DNA of 50,812 nucleotides from Clostridia bacterium (GTDB lineage Bacteria; Bacillota; Clostridia; Oscillospirales; CAG-272): NCBI GenBank assembly GCA_017648085.1, contig JAGCJI010000108.1, positions 1 to 50,812 of the forward strand, read 5' to 3'. Shown piece by piece: positions 46,225 to 50,812 of this stretch (position 1 is its first letter; each line of letters starts with the position of its first letter). The notes under the pieces were generated by a model. It saw only the letters and a program-made list of their open reading frames with translations, ran no database searches and was not told where the DNA came from. The position numbers and the translations under genes were made by a program.

Positions 46225-46288
46225 TCCGGTTAATATCTTGCGGAATACAGATTTGAGCCGAATATGCTCGACGTCTTAAAGAAGACGG

Positions 46289-46317
46289 TTGAAAAGCAAA
46301 AAGAGATATGATATAAT
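46289..46317 (+). promoter_or_regulatory. promoter of pcp
   Basis: TTGAAA (46289-46294), 17-nt spacer, TATAAT (46312-46317). Confidence 0.6.
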
Positions 46318-46346
46318 TGGCATAAAGAAGTTTTGCGAGGTAATAA

Positions 46347-46931
46347 ATGAAAAAGCTTTTGATAACGGGATTTGAGGCGTTTGGCGGCGAGAGGATAAAT
46401 CCGTCGTGGGAGGCAGTTTCACGCTTGCCGGAGGAGATAGGCAAATATAGTGTTATAAAGCTGTGCATACCGGTTGAATATGGCAGGGCAGCGGAAAAGG
46501 TCATAAGTGTTGCGGACAGGGTTTTACCCGACGTGATATTGTGCGTCGGTCAAGCGGGCGGCAGAGCTGCTGTAACGCCTGAACTTGTGGGCATCAATTT
46601 GCGCCATAGCGAGCTTTCCGATAACGCGGGCTATCAGCCAAGCGACGAGCCTATAATTCGGGGCGGTGCGGCGGCTTACTTTTCAACCCTTCCCGTGCGA
46701 AAAATGGCTGATGCCGTAAATGCGAAAGGCATACCCGCCAAGGTTTCATATTCCGCAGGAGCATACGTCTGCAACGATACGCTTTATACCTTGCTCGCGC
46801 ATTTTGAAAACAGCCCCACCCGTGTCGGATTTATCCATATTCCATATTGCACCGCACAGGCAAAAGAGCCCGCAATGGAAATCGGCGATATAATTCTCGC
46901 CTTGACAGTTGCGGTAGAGAGTATAGAATAA
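46347..46931 (+). CDS. pcp: pyroglutamyl-peptidase I
   Basis: MKKLLITGFEAFGGERINPSWEAV N-terminus and SAGAYVCND (catalytic Cys region). Confidence 0.9.
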   Translation: MKKLLITGFEAFGGERINPSWEAVSRLPEEIGKYSVIKLCIPVEYGRAAEKVISVADRVLPDVILCVGQAGGRAAVTPELVGINLRHSELSDNAGYQPSDEPIIRGGAAAYFSTLPVRKMADAVNAKGIPAKVSYSAGAYVCNDTLYTLLAHFENSPTRVGFIHIPYCTAQAKEPAMEIGDIILALTVAVESIE

Positions 46932-46979
46932 AAAAACAAGAAAAGGACCGTGCATTTAGGCATAATCGAATAAAAAACA

Positions 46980-47014
46980 AGAGGTACTCGTGTAAAAAAA
47001 CACAGTACCTCTTT
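46980..47014. terminator. bidirectional terminator
   Basis: AGAGGTACT(C)GTG ... CACAGTACCTCT hairpin, flanked by an A-run and TTT. Confidence 0.6.
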
Positions 47015-47078
47015 AGTGCTAAGTGTAAATTCGAGGGAAACAAGGTTGAAAACTACGATTTCCCTCATTTTTGTTTTT

Positions 47079-47603
47079 CTATATACCGTAAGTTCCCGTC
47101 AAGGGATCTTTGAAAATTTCAAGGTGCGGTGTCCAAAACGTGAATACTACGAATAGCAGAGCAATTATACATAGTGATGCCATAGCCCATTTTTTCGGGC
47201 AGCGGCAACCCGTGTCGCGTTTAAAGAGGCGAGCTTCGTAAATATACGCAAGCAGTGCGGAAATGAAAAATATGGCTATATTGATCCAATCGGGCGATTT
47301 TCCTATGATACCGTTGTATCCGTAAAACAGAAGCGGAATTAGGCAAAGCCCCGTAAGTATCATGCGTAGCTTGATACACCAAAAATCCTCGCGCTCGCTA
47401 AAGAAAATGCTTTGAATTACGGCAAAAATAAGCATTGGCCAAAACATCAGCTTCATATGCTCCCATGTCGACTCGTTGACACCCGAAAAAGGAGCGATCC
47501 ACGCCGCCCCTCCGATCCATTCGTACAGAAAGTGCAGAAGCGTGCCGCCCAGTGCCGTCACGGAAAACCCCACGAGTTGCCACAGCCATGTGGATTTTTT
47601 CAT
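47079..47603 (-). CDS. small multi-pass membrane protein (DUF6512-like)
   Basis: MKKSTWLWQLVGFSVTALGGTLLHFLYEW...NESTWEHMKL. ATG 47603 lies 6 nt after GGAGG. The ORF-track upstream extension has no RBS. Confidence 0.7.
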   Translation of the reverse strand: MKKSTWLWQLVGFSVTALGGTLLHFLYEWIGGAAWIAPFSGVNESTWEHMKLMFWPMLIFAVIQSIFFSEREDFWCIKLRMILTGLCLIPLLFYGYNGIIGKSPDWINIAIFFISALLAYIYEARLFKRDTGCRCPKKWAMASLCIIALLFVVFTFWTPHLEIFKDPLTGTYGI

Positions 47604-47772
47604 AATCATCCTCCAAAAGTCTTTTTTCAAAACAGTATATTCCGATCCAAAGAGAAGTATACCTCGAAAACGGTTTTTGGCGAAGCACTTGTCTTTTCTG
47701 TATAAAAGTGATAAAATAGAGGCGGACAGCAACGTGCGCTTGACACCTGACTTATACAAAGGGAGTCTAACG

Positions 47773-48020
47773 ATGGAAAAGCTCACCACCACGCGCATCA
47801 ATAAATGGCTCTCAAGCCGCGGTTACATCCTCGCGCAAAAGGTTCGACCGTAGTAAATAAAACGGTCTATAAGCTGTCTGACGCGGCACTTAAAATCGGA
47901 ATAGTTGAAGAGGAGGTTTTAGATAAAAAGAGCGGCGAGGTTAAGGCACAGCTTAAGCTCGGGCAGTCCGAGCAGCTCTTTATAATCGAAAATCTCACCG
48001 AAATTATAAAAACGACTTAA
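47773..48020 (+). pseudogene. frameshifted relic resembling the C-terminal HTH tail of RecQ/UvrD-type helicases
   Basis: MEKLTTTRINKWLSSRGYILAQKVRP* (47773-47853) continues in another frame as VVNKTVYKLSDAALKIGIVEEEVLDKKSGEVKAQLKLGQSEQLFIIENLTEII (47850-48020). Confidence 0.35.
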
Positions 48021-48063
48021 GCGTATATTTCCGTACGCATCCACTTTTAGAAAGGAGTATGAA

Positions 48064-49320
48064 ATGTCATCATATAGTGAACTTATCAAGAATTTTGAGC
48101 GTATACGGGCATATATGCGTGAATTCTATATTTATGGCTTCAAGAGTCGTGACGATTACAGCAAGAAAAGCTCCCGTTCATATGATGACGAGCGTCGCAG
48201 GATCGAAAGCTGGCTCGGAGATCACATGAGCTTTGTTAGGACTCCGGAAGGCAAAAACGTGTTCATCTCCATAGATAGCCGTTCCATTAGGCATAATCCT
48301 TTCTATAACGCGTGGAAAGCGAAAAGCTTTACCGACGGAGACGTTACTCTTCATTTCATCATTTTCGATATCCTAAACGAGCCTTCGGTTAAATGCACTC
48401 TTTCTGAAATTATGCGAGAGATAGACGAGAAATATCTATCGAAATTTGAAAAACCGATGATATTTGACGAGTCTACGGTACGTAAAAAGCTGAAGGAGTA
48501 TACCGAAGCAGGAATTATAGTAACCGAAAAGGTTGGACGCAAGGTTTCTTATAGCCGAAGCGAAGACACCGACGTTAAAGATCTGAACGAGGTTCTTCAC
48601 TTTTATTCAGAGGTTGCCCCGTGCGGAGTTATCGGCTCTTTTATATTGGATAAGGAAGAGCTTGATACAGATGCTTTTACTTTCAAGCATCACTACATAA
48701 CAGGCGCGATAGATAGCGGAGTATTGGCATCTATCTTTACTGCGATGAGAGAAAAGAGAATTATAAGCGTTTCAAACCTAAGTCGCAGAAAGGATACTCC
48801 GAGAAGAAACCGCATAATACCGCTCCGAGTATTTATAAGCGTGCAAAGCGGCAGACAGCATTTGCTTGCATACCTGCCCGGCTATAATAATTTCCAGTCC
48901 TACCGCATTGACTATCTCTCAAATATAAAGCTTGAAGAGGTAACTCCTCGCTTCGACGAGTTGCGTGCGCAGATTGACGAAATGAAAGACAAGATGTGGG
49001 GAGTCAGCACTAAACGTAATAAATGGGGCATCGAAAAGCTCGAGCACGTTGACTTTACGGTCAGGGTTGCAGATGATGAAGCGCACATTATAAGACGCTT
49101 GGAGAGGGAAAAGCGCGTAGGTAAGGTCGAGAAAATTGATGATAACATCTATCGCTTTACAGCTGACGTTTATGACGTGAGTGAGATGATCCCTTGGATC
49201 AGGACCTTTATATGCCGTATAATAGATATGAACTTCACAAGTAAGACGCTTGAAAATCAATTCAATTCTGATCTTGATGCGATGTATCGTATGTACGGAA
49301 TCGAGGAGGTGAGCGAATGA
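48064..49320 (+). CDS. HTH-WYL-WCX transcriptional regulator, subunit 1
   Basis: N-terminal wHTH-like region. WYL-type beta domain IIPLRVFISVQSGRQHLLAY...FQSYRIDYLSNIKL. C-terminal WCX-like HVDFTVRV...VGKVEKIDDNIYRFTADVYDVSEMIPWIRTF. Confidence 0.75.
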   Translation: MSSYSELIKNFERIRAYMREFYIYGFKSRDDYSKKSSRSYDDERRRIESWLGDHMSFVRTPEGKNVFISIDSRSIRHNPFYNAWKAKSFTDGDVTLHFIIFDILNEPSVKCTLSEIMREIDEKYLSKFEKPMIFDESTVRKKLKEYTEAGIIVTEKVGRKVSYSRSEDTDVKDLNEVLHFYSEVAPCGVIGSFILDKEELDTDAFTFKHHYITGAIDSGVLASIFTAMREKRIISVSNLSRRKDTPRRNRIIPLRVFISVQSGRQHLLAYLPGYNNFQSYRIDYLSNIKLEEVTPRFDELRAQIDEMKDKMWGVSTKRNKWGIEKLEHVDFTVRVADDEAHIIRRLEREKRVGKVEKIDDNIYRFTADVYDVSEMIPWIRTFICRIIDMNFTSKTLENQFNSDLDAMYRMYGIEEVSE

Positions 49321-50228
49321 TATTCAGCGAGCTTTATTCTGCGTATTATAATGCAATAGCAGATATTCTCTCGGGGATTATTGACGGTGAACGCAATGAA
49401 AAGGAACTTCAAAAAGCAGTTGTGGACAGAGCGTTTGGAGAAAGTGTCTTGACGATAATGCCTTCCCTTAAGAGCGAGAAGTGGCAGCTTGTTCACACGG
49501 ATATGACCACCACCATCGAGCATAAGCCTACGATGCCTCTGACAACTATCCAAAAGCAGTGGCTGAAAGCAATTTCTCTTGATCCAAGAATCAAGTTGTT
49601 TGGTGTAGAGTTCAAAGGCCTTGATGATGCCCCACCCTTGTTCACCCCTGCGGATTATCATATTTACGATAAGTATAGTGACGGTGACCCTTACGAAGAT
49701 GAGGCGTACATAAAGAAATTTAGAGTCATACTAGAAGCTATCAGGAATGGCACTCAAATCAAATTTGAAATGACGAACAGATTCGGTAAGCCGATGTTCG
49801 TTAGATGTCATCCAAAACGAATTGAGTATTCCGAGAAGGACGATAAGTTTAGAGTCGTTACTGCAGGATGGCATGCTGTGTCAACGGTTAATATCGCAAA
49901 GATGCGTTCCTGTGTTCATTACACCGGACCGAAGACTCTCGAAGGTGAGGAGAGGGAAGTGCAGTACGACACGATGACTCTCAAGGTGCTTGACGAGAGA
50001 AATGCACTTGAAAGAGTTATGCTCCATTTTGCTCACTTTGAAAAGCAAGCGGAGAAGCTTGGCAAGAAGCATTACCTCGTGAAAATTAAATATGCATTAG
50101 CTGACGAGACTGAAATGGTTATCAGAATACTGTCATTTGGCCCTTTGGTTGAAGTGATAGGATCTGAAAATTTCCGAAATTTAGTCATAGAAAGGCTGAA
50201 AAAACAGAAAAACTGCGGACTTTTTTAA
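49317..50228 (+). CDS. WYL-WCX domain protein, subunit 2 (start overlaps subunit 1 by ATGA)
   Basis: FVRCHPKRIEYSEKDDKFRVVTAG (WYL-like). TLKVLDERNALERVMLHFAHFEK...IRILSFGPLVEVIGSENFRNLVIERL (WCX-like). Confidence 0.7.
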   Translation: MIFSELYSAYYNAIADILSGIIDGERNEKELQKAVVDRAFGESVLTIMPSLKSEKWQLVHTDMTTTIEHKPTMPLTTIQKQWLKAISLDPRIKLFGVEFKGLDDAPPLFTPADYHIYDKYSDGDPYEDEAYIKKFRVILEAIRNGTQIKFEMTNRFGKPMFVRCHPKRIEYSEKDDKFRVVTAGWHAVSTVNIAKMRSCVHYTGPKTLEGEEREVQYDTMTLKVLDERNALERVMLHFAHFEKQAEKLGKKHYLVKIKYALADETEMVIRILSFGPLVEVIGSENFRNLVIERLKKQKNCGLF

Positions 50229-50245
50229 GAGTTCGCAGCTTTTTT
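50213..50245 (+). terminator. rho-independent terminator after the WYL pair
   Basis: CTGCGGAC / GTTCGCAG stem (one G-U) followed by CTTTTTTT. Confidence 0.7.
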
Positions 50246-50247
50246 TC

Positions 50248-50276
50248 CGTGAAAAATGCAGAAATTGGTGGTAAAA
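50248..50276 (+). promoter_or_regulatory. extended -10 promoter in front of the structured RNA
   Basis: GTGAAA, 17-nt spacer, TGgTAAAAT (50268-50276). Confidence 0.45.
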
Positions 50277-50282
50277 TGTAGT

Positions 50283-50812
50283 CACAAGGACACAAGCAGT
50301 CGACATTTAATCGGCAGGGCTGTGTCTTTGAAAGGCACAAACAGCAATGCTGTAAGCACTTGACTTTTAACCGAGGATGCTATCGGGTTCATAGCCTGAC
50401 AAACAGGTGCCTTGCTATAAAGATACGAACAGCAACCACAAGAAGAATAACAGGTCGATGATCTATTTAAGCATTGGACCGAACGCTAGATGGAGGTGCT
50501 CGTCACTGACCGCTTGCGGTGGTTATATTAGTTTGCGTAAGCGAACGCGTATCTTGGAAACCTCATAAAGATACTAACAGCAACTACTGACCGCAACTCA
50601 GGCTGATACATATGTGTTTGGCACGTGTAGAGTTGCGAGCCCCTGTCGTAAGCAGGTCATCTTGCAACATTACACAGTAGATGATGGCGTAAGCCATCAG
50701 GTGAAAATAGTATCTTGTAAAGCATAGCGTCATATAGGTCAGCATTAGTCCATAAGGACGGGTTCAGCTGAAGTATCACTGATGCTAAAAGGCACAAGCA
50801 GCAATAGATAAG
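50283..50812 (+). ncRNA. candidate large structured ncRNA built of serial hairpin domains (truncated by the window end)
   Basis: No ORF of 60 aa or more on either strand. Five copies of AAG[GR][AYC]AC..A[AG]CAGCAA start successive domains, and the first four are closed by exactly complementary 3' arms that differ in sequence. Three GUAA-capped hairpins and one CUUG-capped hairpin appear only when read on the plus strand. Confidence 0.6.

Noticed and set aside
47805-48020. 71-aa ORF as an intact stand-alone gene.
   Set aside because: Its first 15 codons have no RBS. Its conserved-looking part continues a different-frame ORF that begins at 47773. It is better explained as a frameshifted relic.
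50285-50803. Five copies of a ~17-nt motif considered as CRISPR repeats or plasmid/phage iterons.
   Set aside because: The spacing is irregular and increasing (46-221 nt). Each copy has a sequence-specific complementary partner downstream, and strand-specific GNRA loops are present. This fits RNA helices rather than a CRISPR array or evenly spaced iterons. The iteron idea is not fully excluded without the downstream sequence.
1-50812. Prophage, transposon, integron or genomic-island boundaries.
   Set aside because: I recognised no integrase, transposase, recombinase, terminal inverted repeats, tRNA target or attC-like cassette structure. The AT-rich 23.2-23.7 kb gap looks like a regulatory region rather than an insertion scar.

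Overview
This 50.8-kb segment is chromosomal and looks Firmicute or Clostridia-like. The basis is many lipobox lipoproteins, GGAGG ribosome-binding sites (RBS), TTGACA-17-TATAAT type promoters and an archaeal-type SipW peptidase. I saw no rRNA, tRNA, CRISPR array, transposase or integrase.

Layout, left to right:
(1) 1-4.3 kb: a ceramidase-like hydrolase, a DapA-family lyase, an AraC regulator and an SDR.
(2) 4.4-23.2 kb: a region themed on nucleic-acid turnover and scavenging. It holds two tandem NrnA-like DHH phosphoesterases coupled to surE, and a tetR-barnase-family secreted RNase operon. It also holds one long minus-strand operon: RDD protein, CUT1-type ABC importer, thermonuclease-OB lipoprotein and a 1178-aa modular lipoprotein. 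A lipoprotein 5'-nucleotidase lies upstream of that operon.
(3) 23.7-39.8 kb: an 11-gene plus-strand operon that I consider the most novel content. It has a SipW-type signal peptidase and four proteins sharing a G[FT][AS][ST]W N-terminal motif: three TasA-like-sized paralogs and a 1181-aa InlB-B-repeat adhesin. It then has a membrane-anchored McrB-like AAA+ (probably GTPase) with a McrC-like partner that appears to lack the nuclease triad and carries a zinc ribbon. After those come an ABC exporter, a beta-helix protein and a collagen-like lipoprotein.
(4) 39.9-47.6 kb: housekeeping genes (flavin reductase, ICMT-family methyltransferase, nitroreductase, rhaDAB plus an AraC regulator, pcp, a small membrane protein).
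(5) 47.7-50.8 kb: a frameshifted helicase-tail relic and an overlapping pair of HTH-WYL-WCX regulators. After a terminator and an extended -10 promoter comes at least 530 nt with no ORF. It is built from serial hairpin domains with compensatory stem changes and GUAA/CUUG tetraloops. I read it as a candidate large structured ncRNA cut off by the window edge.

All functional calls come from motif recognition by eye. No database search was run.
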